This document shows, one piece after another, positions 8,602 to 18,245 of a DNA stretch of 64,000 bases. The notes under the pieces are model-generated. The model was not told the origin of the DNA. It made no database searches and saw only the letters and a list, made by a program, of their open reading frames with translations. The DNA comes from a virus: IMG/VR virus record IMGVR_UViG_3300025108_004499. One strand, 5' to 3'. Position 1 is the first letter of the stretch; each line of letters starts with the position of its first letter. A program made the translations under genes and the position numbers.

Positions 8602-9673
8602 TGCTTACCTCCTTGTATAATGCTTCGCCACTAAAGAAAGATCTTTTTAAGTTGTATAATTGTTTATTCATAGGACCTTTATAACTATCATAGTTTTCCA
8701 TATAATCAATTACTTTGTCAACAAGTTGCGGTCTAAATTTTTTGTATTGCTCAAAGTTCTTAGTCCAAATACTTGGATACTTGAAAGGCTGATCTGCCAT
8801 TTCACTATAACTAAGTCTATCAGGAACCATAGGAATAGTATCAACTAATAAACCTTCGTACCAACTAATACCTAGTGTTTCTTGTAGATTAGCACTAAAC
8901 ACAAGTTTAGCTTTACCTAACAAATTATGGTAGTCATTTTTTGATAGTTGTTTTTCTTGACACACAATAAATTCATATTGCGGTAATTGTTCTTTTAAAT
9001 CTCTAAAGATTTCAACTTGTTTTTCTGGAGCAACTCTGTGCGGAAACAAAATTATATCTTCTTTAGGCATGCTTTTATAACTATCTAAACTAGTAGCCAA
9101 GTACTCCATAGGCCATCCAACACGTTTAATTTTATCTTCGTTAACGTGCCTATTATCTAAAATAGGATCACCTTTGTTTTTAAATGTTTGTAAAAATAAG
9201 TCTATATGAAACTGTGTAGCAAAAAAGTTATGATCATAACAATCAAACATACTACGTTCTGCATTCCTTACCCAAGGTTTATTACCTATAAGTCTACCTA
9301 AAAAATCTTGCGGATCATAACTACCTGCATGCCACAAACCACCAATGCGAATATCAACACCCAATAGCTCTGCCATATAGCGTAATTGAATAACTGTAGG
9401 ATTCCAGGCATCGGTATAGATAAAATAATCATCATCTTTAATTTCACCACTTGCAAACATCCTGCTAATCTCTAACATCTGTTGAGATTTGTAATTGTTA
9501 GTTCCGGCAAAGTTAAGAAATGCCCCAGGCGTTGTAGCCTGAGGTACTTCTCCACCACTAATAACAATAACTTCTTCATTCGTAGATCGTTGCAGTTGCT
9601 TTGGAAGATATTCTTTCCACTGCTTAGTATACCTAGTATCTACTGCTTCAATGTCTACGATAAAGATTGTCAT
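8594..9673 (-). CDS. GT-B fold glycosyltransferase (GT4-like)
   Basis: HRVAPEK and ETLGISWYEG (E-x7-E) donor-binding motifs. Confidence 0.75.
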   Translation of the reverse strand: MTIFIVDIEAVDTRYTKQWKEYLPKQLQRSTNEEVIVISGGEVPQATTPGAFLNFAGTNNYKSQQMLEISRMFASGEIKDDDYFIYTDAWNPTVIQLRYMAELLGVDIRIGGLWHAGSYDPQDFLGRLIGNKPWVRNAERSMFDCYDHNFFATQFHIDLFLQTFKNKGDPILDNRHVNEDKIKRVGWPMEYLATSLDSYKSMPKEDIILFPHRVAPEKQVEIFRDLKEQLPQYEFIVCQEKQLSKNDYHNLLGKAKLVFSANLQETLGISWYEGLLVDTIPMVPDRLSYSEMADQPFKYPSIWTKNFEQYKKFRPQLVDKVIDYMENYDSYKGPMNKQLYNLKRSFFSGEALYKEVSNG

Positions 9674-9939
9674 TAGTGTCTCCTATTACTCTGATAACGA
9701 CCTTGATTATTACGATCATTACGATGGTTATTAAATTTACGTTTGCCGCCTGAACGGAATCTGCTATAAGCCTGCCAAGCACGACTTTTATTATTATACA
9801 GATTTCTTTCGTCCCAAGTATAGCCATCATGACCAAACAAGTACGCGGTCCTGCAGAACGCTTTGAAACGTTCCATATCGTCAAAGATTTTTACAATCTC
9901 TGGGTTTTTAGCAAAGTATTCACCCTGGTTGTAAGCCAT
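9673..9939 (-). CDS. hypothetical protein with R/N-rich tail
   Basis: 88 aa ORF with AGGAG SD, TAATG-coupled to the glycosyltransferase. Confidence 0.7.
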   Translation of the reverse strand: MAYNQGEYFAKNPEIVKIFDDMERFKAFCRTAYLFGHDGYTWDERNLYNNKSRAWQAYSRFRSGGKRKFNNHRNDRNNQGRYQSNRRH

Positions 9940-9951
9940 TTATTATCTCCT

Positions 9952-10413
9952 TTAATAGCTAGGGTATGTAATTTGTGCACCGTTCTCTCCGTCTTCGGAA
10001 ATCTCGATGTGGACCTCACGTCCAGTATATTTTGTTGTAATCTGCTCATACAAATCATCTGACATCATTTCACATGACTTATAATCTAGTTCAAGTGTTT
10101 TTTCTGCGTAAAGTTTCTCCATCCATCTTTTAAATTGAATAAACTCGATATCTCTGTCATTATGTGTAACAGTAATACCTACTCTAAAATGAAATATGTG
10201 TCTATGGGGATATCCCAAAAAACTAACATCATATTCATCACCTGTTGCAAGACTAGGATCATCTAGTGCCGCAGGATACTTATGGATACCTTCTTTCTTA
10301 AAGGTTACCCAAATCATACGTTTTGCTTCTTTCATTGCTTTGTCTTTAGCATCAATCATATCTTGTTCTCTCATTCTACGCATCATATAGTCATAATGTC
10401 GTTCTTGTTGCAT
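9952..10413 (-). CDS. dpdL: QueD-like T-fold protein of DpdL type (predicted CDG decarboxylase)
   Basis: LGYPHRHIF = LxxxHRHxF rather than QueD CxxxHGH; IEFIQFK, SCEM, EDGENGA; true start may be a later Met. Confidence 0.7.
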   Translation of the reverse strand: MQQERHYDYMMRRMREQDMIDAKDKAMKEAKRMIWVTFKKEGIHKYPAALDDPSLATGDEYDVSFLGYPHRHIFHFRVGITVTHNDRDIEFIQFKRWMEKLYAEKTLELDYKSCEMMSDDLYEQITTKYTGREVHIEISEDGENGAQITYPSY

Positions 10414-10415
10414 TT

Positions 10416-10444
10416 ATTATACTACCTTTACTCATTGTTGTCAA
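10416..10444 (-). promoter_or_regulatory. sigma70 consensus promoter for dpdL and downstream genes
   Basis: TTGACA-17 nt-TATAAT overlapping the 3' end of the upstream gene. Confidence 0.8.
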
Positions 10445-10973
10445 TAGATATTGGTGAATCATTTTCGTATTTTTCCCAAGATGTAAACTTATCTCTTGAC
10501 TGCAAATCTCTAGCATAATGTACCCAAACACCTGCATTTGATGCTTTAAAGTCTTTATCATCAATTTTAATACATGCATTGTAGTTAAGTTGATCAATAT
10601 AAGGTAGTTTTACGCTAATCATACTAATAAACTTTTTATGTTCATTATACCCAGATTCTAACACCCAACTATGAAACTTAACATCATAGTCTAGTGTAAC
10701 CCAAAAGCCAGCTTTACATAATCCATCAACTAATAGATCCCATGCTGTATTTTGTTCGTTCTTACCGTATGGCAATTCAATGTCAAAACTTTGATTGGCG
10801 CCTAAGTAAATGTGTTCGACTGATTCCGCTTTTGCTCTTTCAATCACGTCATCAACATCTTGTGGTCCTACAACAAACAATGTATGTTCATTGTGAACTG
10901 GTGTATGCTCTACTTCATAACCTGTAAAATATACAACGTCATCTTTGACGCCATCATCGTAATCTCTATTCAT
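10428..10973 (-). CDS. hypothetical protein between dpdA and dpdL
   Basis: 181 aa, FTGYEVEHTP, HIYLGAN, IKIDD.DF..SN.GVW. Confidence 0.75.
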   Translation of the reverse strand: MNRDYDDGVKDDVVYFTGYEVEHTPVHNEHTLFVVGPQDVDDVIERAKAESVEHIYLGANQSFDIELPYGKNEQNTAWDLLVDGLCKAGFWVTLDYDVKFHSWVLESGYNEHKKFISMISVKLPYIDQLNYNACIKIDDKDFKASNAGVWVHYARDLQSRDKFTSWEKYENDSPISIDNNE

Positions 10974-11151
10974 CTTTTGCTAACTGATCCTTTATTGCAA
11001 GTTTTTCTTTTTTTAGATTAATAAGGTGTGATTTGTGATTATATGATCTATCACCTTCACGTTCTTTTTCTATTGCTTCAACTTTGTTGTGTAAGTAGTC
11101 GTGCATATTTTGTAACTTTTTTGCACTTTTACTTTTTCTTCCTGTCGCCAT
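10966..11151 (-). CDS. small coiled-coil protein (DUF465-like)
   Basis: H..L...V...E...LKKEKLAIKDQL pattern. Confidence 0.6.
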   Translation of the reverse strand: MATGRKSKSAKKLQNMHDYLHNKVEAIEKEREGDRSYNHKSHLINLKKEKLAIKDQLAKDE

Positions 11152-11153
11152 CT

Positions 11154-12686
11154 TTATACCTCCGTAAATAAATTTGAAAAGCCTGTATTTGCATTTACAG
11201 TCTTTTTACCTACTGCTCCTCTAGTGCCAATAATTGACATCCAGAATTTACTATATTCTTCTATGATTGCTTCTGCTTCGTCTCTGTTTGAAGTTGCAAA
11301 TATTGCTTCCACAACATCTTTAAAATATAGCCTGTCGAATTGTTCCTCCACAAGCATTGCCGGAACATTTCCATTGTCGTATTGTCTGTTTGCTTCTTGT
11401 ACTGCATTAACATGACTCCATACGTTGTGACCCATTTGTATAGCATAACTAAAACTATCCCAACTAGTTGAGTCACGTTTACGAATAATTTGATTACCGT
11501 CTTCGTCTAGTATAGGATTACCATGTTTGTCTCTATCAATTTCTCCTGCTAAAATTTTAGGACCACCAACTTTGTTAGTGTCACCAGGAGCATATATACA
11601 AACATCGTTTACTTTAATATTTTTAGTCAAAGGACTATCAGTAAAGTTTTTAAATATTCCATCTGCTAGTACACCATCTCTAAAGTTACGTGTATCAGTT
11701 GCGTACTTTAATTCATCAATACTTGGAACCATTCTGTAGACCCATTTAGTTCTATCTTCAGTTTCAGTTTGAATGTAAATTTGTCCATTTGCTGTAGCAA
11801 GGAAAGGAGAAGCACAATCAAATGTAATTGTAAAGTTTGGATTATGATACTTACGTACTGCTCTTTGTATATCAGTTAGTAGTGTAGCCCATTCTAGTTT
11901 GCTTGTTCCTAGAAAGTGCATAAAGTCATGTTTACCTTGTTCAAGTAATCCATCAAAACGTAATGCTACAATACGTTTAAGAACTAAGTGTATATCACAC
12001 ATGTTCTGTCCACCCATCGACCATCCGTTAAAGTGATTCTCATACTTTGCAGGATCACAATAGTCTTTCATCTGTTGATACCAATCTTCAGCATCAGCAT
12101 GATTCTCACCTTGTAATACATTTAAGAACTTACAAGCACCTGTTCTGTGTTTCATAAAGTAGTCGTTGTTAATACGTGTAGCATTAACAGCCTCTTGATA
12201 TGTACTAATACCTGTTGCTTTTGCACCAGCAGGTGAACGTGCCACCCAAGCCGGAATATCAAGTATCATACCATAGTCCATATAAGCATCCATCCACGCA
12301 AGTACTTGCTCACGTTTCTTTTGTGCTTTAGGACAATTAGGATCTTTCCAATCGCCTTCCCAAACACCTTTACCAATTTGGAAGCCACCTGAGTCACCTA
12401 ACAACCAACTGTTCTCACGATCACGTTCTCTAACCATAAGTTCTTTTGGAGCATCTTTATTGATATCTAATTCAGCATGTCCTGCTGAGTACAGAGTCCA
12501 ATGATAGTTAAACATTCCTTCTTTTTTGTTTAACCAATTCATACTTTCCATACTAGGATAAGGAATACGACTTTCTTCAACATATTCTTCACGCCTTTGC
12601 TTACCTACAAATGTTGCGTAGAATCCACTTAGAGCTGGAAGAAATATTGCATAGTCTTTTTGTGCTGTTGTTAAGTCAGTATTCAA
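11154..12686 (-). CDS. dpdA: DNA guanine transglycosylase (TGT superfamily, DpdA-type)
   Basis: DSGGFQ, ILDIP, VLQG, GWSMGG, HFLG, TFDCASP, HN motifs; no CxCxxC Zn site of bacterial tRNA TGT; start set at TTG 12686 with AGGAG SD. Confidence 0.85.
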   Translation of the reverse strand: MNTDLTTAQKDYAIFLPALSGFYATFVGKQRREEYVEESRIPYPSMESMNWLNKKEGMFNYHWTLYSAGHAELDINKDAPKELMVRERDRENSWLLGDSGGFQIGKGVWEGDWKDPNCPKAQKKREQVLAWMDAYMDYGMILDIPAWVARSPAGAKATGISTYQEAVNATRINNDYFMKHRTGACKFLNVLQGENHADAEDWYQQMKDYCDPAKYENHFNGWSMGGQNMCDIHLVLKRIVALRFDGLLEQGKHDFMHFLGTSKLEWATLLTDIQRAVRKYHNPNFTITFDCASPFLATANGQIYIQTETEDRTKWVYRMVPSIDELKYATDTRNFRDGVLADGIFKNFTDSPLTKNIKVNDVCIYAPGDTNKVGGPKILAGEIDRDKHGNPILDEDGNQIIRKRDSTSWDSFSYAIQMGHNVWSHVNAVQEANRQYDNGNVPAMLVEEQFDRLYFKDVVEAIFATSNRDEAEAIIEEYSKFWMSIIGTRGAVGKKTVNANTGFSNLFTEV

Positions 12687-12696
12687 CTTGTTTCTC

Positions 12697-13443
12697 CTAC
12701 TTAGATTGTGCTGGCAAAATGTAATTGTATGTTCCCATACCACTATCAACTGTAATTTGCATTGCACCTTGATCACTTAGACTCATTGTTGCTTGTCCGT
12801 CCAAGTTTAAGATTGCTTGTACTTGTGCTACAGGATATGTCCATGCATGCTTTAATGTACCTTCAACACCTGTTTGGAATACAAACTTACCTGCGTGTGT
12901 ATTTGCATCACCAAAGTAAAACATTACATCAGTAACACCACTAGTTTCTTCAACTTTAATTGTAAAAGTTGTTTCTTCTGAATGTGCCGCACTTTGCAAT
13001 TTCATTCTAGTAATTGCCGCTAACGATGGAGTAAATGATACATCCCATGTTGCACCTTTAAACTTAACACTTTTAAGTTTTTCATTAATAATCTCTGTTG
13101 ACATAAAACGGAAATCGTTTTGGAAATCACCTGCTTCATTCTCAAAGTGAATACCAGTTGGAATAACTGTACCATTACGATCTTGTTCGGTAATTGTAAG
13201 TTTGCTATTCTTTTGATACTCTGGATTCTTTAAATGCAATGCAAGTTTATCTAAGTTAGGCATACCAAAAATGTTTGCGCCAAATTCAGCTACCTTTTCT
13301 TTTGTGTTTGCTGACAGAATTACACTGCGATCTTCTGCCATTGATTCAACAGTAGTACTACTGTCGTCTCCTGTTACTTTCACTAAGCTCAAAAAGCCTA
13401 AAGAATGTGTCTTTGCTACTACGTCTTGTAAAATATCTTTCAT
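12697..13443 (-). CDS. putative DNA polymerase sliding clamp (gp45/PCNA-like)
   Basis: 248 aa, alternating helix/strand pattern ending YNYILPA, near polB; clamp loader present in window. Confidence 0.5.
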   Translation of the reverse strand: MKDILQDVVAKTHSLGFLSLVKVTGDDSSTTVESMAEDRSVILSANTKEKVAEFGANIFGMPNLDKLALHLKNPEYQKNSKLTITEQDRNGTVIPTGIHFENEAGDFQNDFRFMSTEIINEKLKSVKFKGATWDVSFTPSLAAITRMKLQSAAHSEETTFTIKVEETSGVTDVMFYFGDANTHAGKFVFQTGVEGTLKHAWTYPVAQVQAILNLDGQATMSLSDQGAMQITVDSGMGTYNYILPAQSK

Positions 13444-13466
13444 AATACTTCTCCTATGTTCCTTTT

Positions 13467-13495
13467 ATTATACGACATTTTGTTGATAAAGTCAA
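13467..13495 (-). promoter_or_regulatory. sigma70 promoter for clamp-dpdA
   Basis: TTGACT-17 nt-TATAAT. Confidence 0.85.
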
Positions 13496-13899
13496 CAACT
13501 TTTTACTCTATTTCGGAGATCACTGCTCGAAAAACGGTGCTCTCTTTTGTTAAAAAACAGTTCGATTCCTCGTTTGGCACATATAGCCCTACCAGTAAAC
13601 TTACCATTTTTGTATTCTTCACCTAAAATCCTTACATCAATATGAAGCATATTTAGAATGTCTTCTAAGTCAGTTTCTGTTTGATATGGGATTATTTCGT
13701 CAACGTACTTGACAGCACTAAGTTGTGTATGTCTTTCTACTATAGTTTGTACGGGTGAATTTTTCTCTGGACGATCAAGACTTGGATCAATTTGTAGGCC
13801 ACAAATCAAGTAGTCACATTGTTCTTTTGCATCTCTCAGCATTTGTATATGACCTGCGTGGAGCAGATCAAATGTACTACATGTGAAGCCTATTCTCAT
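13492..13899 (-). CDS. cytidylyltransferase (TagD-like)
   Basis: TFDLLHAGH (HxGH), VKYVDEI, R...SSS.LR. Confidence 0.88.
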   Translation of the reverse strand: MRIGFTCSTFDLLHAGHIQMLRDAKEQCDYLICGLQIDPSLDRPEKNSPVQTIVERHTQLSAVKYVDEIIPYQTETDLEDILNMLHIDVRILGEEYKNGKFTGRAICAKRGIELFFNKREHRFSSSDLRNRVKSC

Positions 13900-14609
13900 T
13901 TCTTAAAGCCTTGTTCTTTTAAAAATCCATCTACTGTATATTTAGGTCTAAAGCCTAACTTATCCATCAAATGTGTATTTGCCTGTGTTTTTGTTCTTTC
14001 GCCAATAGTATTTAACTTTACTGGCAAATCAGGTCTTATGTCCTGGATCCTTACACATTCTCCAGTACCAATGTCAATATTACCTGTTAGGTCTTTGTCC
14101 ATTAATAACATAATACCATCTGTTAAATCTTCTAAATGTATAAAATCTCTTAGATGATTTGTTGTGTATTCTAATGTATTGTTAAGCAATTTATCAAAGA
14201 ACATTTTAGCTCTTGGACTTTCGCTGTACACTGTATGAAATCTCATAAACAATGCATTAGGGTGTGGAATGTTTTCAATTACATTCTTACTTGCGGCATA
14301 TGGATTAAGATGTGGTTCGTACTGTGAACTTGATCCTGCTACTAATACTCGAACATTATCGTAGAACTCAAGTATACGTTTTGTTCCTTCTACATTAGTG
14401 TCCCAATACTTTTTAGGATCAGCAAGACTTTCTCTTACGCCGCCAATGCCTGCTAAGTGTATTACAAAATCTACCTTAGGTAGTTCTGAGGTTAATATAT
14501 TAGTACCTTCTTTAATATCTATACCGACAACATCATGTCCATCTACAACTAACTTTTCTTTTAGTCTTGATCCGATGAAACCTAGATGCCCTGTAATTAG
14601 TATCTTCAT
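13896..14609 (-). CDS. NAD-dependent epimerase/dehydratase
   Basis: ITGHLGFIG Rossmann motif, YAASK, RDFIH..D. Confidence 0.9.
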   Translation of the reverse strand: MKILITGHLGFIGSRLKEKLVVDGHDVVGIDIKEGTNILTSELPKVDFVIHLAGIGGVRESLADPKKYWDTNVEGTKRILEFYDNVRVLVAGSSSQYEPHLNPYAASKNVIENIPHPNALFMRFHTVYSESPRAKMFFDKLLNNTLEYTTNHLRDFIHLEDLTDGIMLLMDKDLTGNIDIGTGECVRIQDIRPDLPVKLNTIGERTKTQANTHLMDKLGFRPKYTVDGFLKEQGFKK

Positions 14610-15361
14610 GTTTCTTTCCTTTTGTTCTTATTGCTTGTTACAGCAGTTGATAATATTGGTAGTGTGGCGCCAATTACATTTGCTGAATACAGCAATGCTT
14701 CTGTATCTTTTGGAAAGCATGCTCCTCCAAAACCTTTGTCGCCATCTGGACCTGGAACTTGCATATGACTATGTGTAATTCTTTTGTCCTCACCTACCAA
14801 TGCTTTAACTTGATTATAATCTATTCCTGCTGATTCGCATAGATCAAATACTTCGTTAAAGAAAGCAACCTTGGTTGCTAAAAAACTATTGCGTAAATAT
14901 TTTGTTAATATTAATTCTTCTACCGTAGCATAGATTGGATTGAATCCTTTACATAAAATAAACACATCATTCCAAAACTCTACATTACCTCCACCAAATA
15001 ACATTGTTGTTTGATTTTTAAAGTCTTCGTTTGCATTGGCCGCAGTTAAAAACTCAGGGCTAAATGTAATTTCTTTATTTTGTGGCTTAAGATCTTTGCG
15101 CCACCCTTCTAAACTAATTGTGCTTTTGATTAAAATAGGTTTATCACTTGGACATGCTTTAACTACAGTTTCAACAATAGTCATATTACATGCTCCTGTT
15201 ACTGTAGCAGGTGTTGGAACACAAATAACATAACCGTCGCTATCGTTATCAATAACATTATCGTTATATTCAGGATCAACAATCTTTACTTCATGATAGT
15301 CTTTGAGTACTTCGTACACAGCCTTGCCTACAAAGCCATACCCAATTAAAGTTAGTTTCAT
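14606..15361 (-). CDS. UDP-glucose/GDP-mannose dehydrogenase-like protein lacking the C-terminal domain
   Basis: IGYGFVG, CVPTP, IKST, SPEFL, GFGGACFPKD; only 251 aa. Confidence 0.88.
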   Translation of the reverse strand: MKLTLIGYGFVGKAVYEVLKDYHEVKIVDPEYNDNVIDNDSDGYVICVPTPATVTGACNMTIVETVVKACPSDKPILIKSTISLEGWRKDLKPQNKEITFSPEFLTAANANEDFKNQTTMLFGGGNVEFWNDVFILCKGFNPIYATVEELILTKYLRNSFLATKVAFFNEVFDLCESAGIDYNQVKALVGEDKRITHSHMQVPGPDGDKGFGGACFPKDTEALLYSANVIGATLPILSTAVTSNKNKRKET

Positions 15362-15573
15362 TTAGCCTCCTTCTTTGCTTGCAATTTAGGATGTGGAGTT
15401 TTATCGTTAAAGATATCTCCAGCCATTGCTTGTATTTGTTCTACTAGATGAGTAACTAACTGTTCGTCATACTTCTCACCTGGTGCCTTTTTATATTTTT
15501 CTCTATGTGCTTGAACAGCCATTCCGTGCATTGCACTAACCTTGTCCATTAGTTGTTGTATTGTATGTTGCAT
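15358..15573 (-). CDS. hypothetical protein
   Basis: 71 aa ORF, GGAGG SD, TAATG-coupled to polB. Confidence 0.7.
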   Translation of the reverse strand: MQHTIQQLMDKVSAMHGMAVQAHREKYKKAPGEKYDEQLVTHLVEQIQAMAGDIFNDKTPHPKLQAKKEAK

Positions 15574-18245
15574 TATTCACCTCCAAAGTCAAACAAACTA
15601 TTGAACGTATTGTTCTGTTTAGTGTCTTCTAAATCATAGTTTAGAACACCAATTAGGTTATCTAGTTTGTTATCAATAATAGTTGCTTCCATAGCATCGC
15701 CATCAAATGGCAGTTCTTTGAACCATTCTGGAATACGCAATTCATCTGTAGGGTATGCAACACTTGTGTAACCTAGCGGATTTTGTTTTAGTTTGCATAC
15801 AATAACTTTCATACCGTCAACAATCTCTTGCGAGTACTTGTCACCATTCATACGTTTTAGTGTATTCCAATTAATACTTGCTCTAACATGCCCAGGCATG
15901 TTTGCTTTACCTTGCTTTTCTTCAAGACGTTGATAGTGTCCTACTTTGTTTGCACGTTTAGGTGCACCTTTTTCATAACCTGGACGTAGTTTAAACTCCT
16001 TACGAAATTGTGTAATACGATCTAATACTTTTCTTTCTTCAACATCAGTAAGTACCATAAGCAATAGCTCACTTAAGAACTCCTGCATAAACACAGGTGT
16101 ATCTGATCTACGCAAGTCTAAGCCCATTGCTTTTACTTTGCCTGGTTTACCATCTTCATCTGTTCTAAAGCCTTCGTTATCAATTACTAGTGCCGCATAA
16201 CGCTTCTTAGTAATATACAATCCGCTTTTTGCAACAATTTCTCTACCTGCGGCAATAACGTCTGCACGACTCTTTGGACAATGGAATGCTTGTAGCATAA
16301 AATCTATAAATGTACTGTCAACAGCATCACTTACTTGATCATAAAGTTTGATAGCGTTCTCAGTACTCCAAGGAATGTCTCCTTTATCAATACCTTCTTT
16401 AAGCATTGGGTAAGCACTAAAGTAAACAGAGTCTGTATCACCATATATAACAGCATCACCTACGTGATCATATGTACCTGTAATAACTTTGTTTGCTTCT
16501 GCACTCATATGCTTAACAATAGTACGACCTGACAGTGTTGTTGACTGTCCAATACGTTTGTCAAAGAATCTACAACCAGGATTAAGAATAGCACCATACA
16601 AACTGTTCAAGTTAATCTTTTTAACAAGTTGTCGCTTGTCCCAGTATTCAATCTCTGTAGCATTGCCGGCATCCTTAGCCTTCTTTAACATTGCTTGTAG
16701 TTCTTTACGTTCTGAATACCAACGTTTTAGTAGTCCGGGTATAACACCTTCGTGTTCTGTTGTAAAAATAGTACCGTTTGCACTAAGCATCCAAGGTTGA
16801 TTGCTATCAAATACAAGTTTATAAATCTCTGCACCTGATAATACATCACTTTGTCCGTTCTCCCAGTCAACAGTTAGTGCAGTATCACGTTTCTGTTCCA
16901 TAACTGCTTCATATTCTTCTGTAGCAAAACGTCCTTCCCAACTGCCTGCGAAACTTTTCTTCTTAAGACCCATATCTTCTTTTACACGAGCATCTGAAAC
17001 GTCTGGACGTAGTTGTCCAACAACTGTTGCTGGATCCATATTCAATGCACGAATAACACTAGGATACAGACTGTTCAAGTCCATACTAGCAATCCATTTG
17101 TGCAAGCCTTTTTTTGGAAATGCAACATAAGCACCTGCCGCTTGTGTGTTTTCTTCATCACGGTGCGGACGATTAGGTACTTGCATACCACGTCTGTGTG
17201 CTTCATTAACAATCGCTTGTTCTGTAACTGCGACAGCACCCATAGTGGTCTGTAGCAAAACAGTGTTTGCATGTGCAAGTTCGTTACTTAGATCAATAAA
17301 TCTTAGTTTTTTGTCCAGCTTGTCCAGTAGTGCGGTATCTTGTATGTTGTATTCGATGAACTTTCTAAAGTCATTGTTGTACAACTGGTCCAAAGTGCCT
17401 TCATAAGGGACCTTGTTCTCACCAACTTCGATTTCGCCAATGGCATCAAGTCTATATGTGTGTCTTTCTTCATATGTATATTTACGATATAATTCCAAAC
17501 TATCTAAATGCACTCTGCCTATTAGGTCAAAGGTAACAGCTGATTTACCATACTTTTCATATTCACGTTTCTTAGGAAGTTGACCCCACAAGCAGAATCT
17601 ACGTGTATCATCCTTGCTTAGTACACGGGCAGTTCTGTTTACAGTATACGGAATATCATAACCTTCACTGTTCCAACCTGATAAAATATCAGCGTCTTCA
17701 ATCAGCGTTAAGAAAGTGTCAATCATTTCACTTTCTTTTTCAACTAGCATTACATTATCAATGCCTTCAATTTCTTTTTTAGCCTGCTCCATAGTAAGTG
17801 TCTTAGGCGGCACAGCAATACAGATCATTGTTTCCATCCACTGTAAGTATACAGAGATACTTGTAATAGGCATAAACGGATCTGCAGGATCAGCAAAGCC
17901 ACGCTCTGGATCAAAGTCAGTCTCAATATCAAAGAATGCAATGTTTAGTTTAGGAGCATCTTGATTGAGATAGTTTTCACTCAAACATTGGAATATAGGA
18001 TTAATATCGCTTTCAAACATCTTCTTGCCTTTGTTAATAGCAAGTTCTTTACGAAACTCCTTTGTGTTCTTACACACAATTCTACTAATTGGATCGCCGT
18101 AGATGCTTTTAAATTTACCTCTTTGATCTTCATAATAAAATGTATACTTGATTGGATATTCAGTAAACTTTCTTTTGCCGTCTTTACGTTCTACAACACG
18201 TACAATGTCACTGTCTCTATCAAATAATGCGTCTACGTAACTCAA
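15573..18245 (-). CDS. polB: family B DNA polymerase
   Basis: Exo motifs FDIET, GWNSEGYD, YNIQD; Pol motifs DLNSLYPS, KINLNSLYG, YGDTDS, KKRY; TTG start with GGGAG SD. Confidence 0.97.
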   Translation of the reverse strand: MSYVDALFDRDSDIVRVVERKDGKRKFTEYPIKYTFYYEDQRGKFKSIYGDPISRIVCKNTKEFRKELAINKGKKMFESDINPIFQCLSENYLNQDAPKLNIAFFDIETDFDPERGFADPADPFMPITSISVYLQWMETMICIAVPPKTLTMEQAKKEIEGIDNVMLVEKESEMIDTFLTLIEDADILSGWNSEGYDIPYTVNRTARVLSKDDTRRFCLWGQLPKKREYEKYGKSAVTFDLIGRVHLDSLELYRKYTYEERHTYRLDAIGEIEVGENKVPYEGTLDQLYNNDFRKFIEYNIQDTALLDKLDKKLRFIDLSNELAHANTVLLQTTMGAVAVTEQAIVNEAHRRGMQVPNRPHRDEENTQAAGAYVAFPKKGLHKWIASMDLNSLYPSVIRALNMDPATVVGQLRPDVSDARVKEDMGLKKKSFAGSWEGRFATEEYEAVMEQKRDTALTVDWENGQSDVLSGAEIYKLVFDSNQPWMLSANGTIFTTEHEGVIPGLLKRWYSERKELQAMLKKAKDAGNATEIEYWDKRQLVKKINLNSLYGAILNPGCRFFDKRIGQSTTLSGRTIVKHMSAEANKVITGTYDHVGDAVIYGDTDSVYFSAYPMLKEGIDKGDIPWSTENAIKLYDQVSDAVDSTFIDFMLQAFHCPKSRADVIAAGREIVAKSGLYITKKRYAALVIDNEGFRTDEDGKPGKVKAMGLDLRRSDTPVFMQEFLSELLLMVLTDVEERKVLDRITQFRKEFKLRPGYEKGAPKRANKVGHYQRLEEKQGKANMPGHVRASINWNTLKRMNGDKYSQEIVDGMKVIVCKLKQNPLGYTSVAYPTDELRIPEWFKELPFDGDAMEATIIDNKLDNLIGVLNYDLEDTKQNNTFNSLFDFGGE

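Noticed and set aside
9952-10413. Calling the T-fold protein a canonical QueD
   Set aside because: The catalytic CxxxHGH is replaced by LxxxHRHxF; QueD-like activity remains possible but is not supported by motif
11154-12776. Calling the TGT-fold gene a tRNA-modifying Tgt, and the track's start at 12776
   Set aside because: It lacks the CxCxxC Zn motif and sits beside clamp and polymerase genes; the longer start overlaps the clamp gene whereas TTG 12686 has an AGGAG SD
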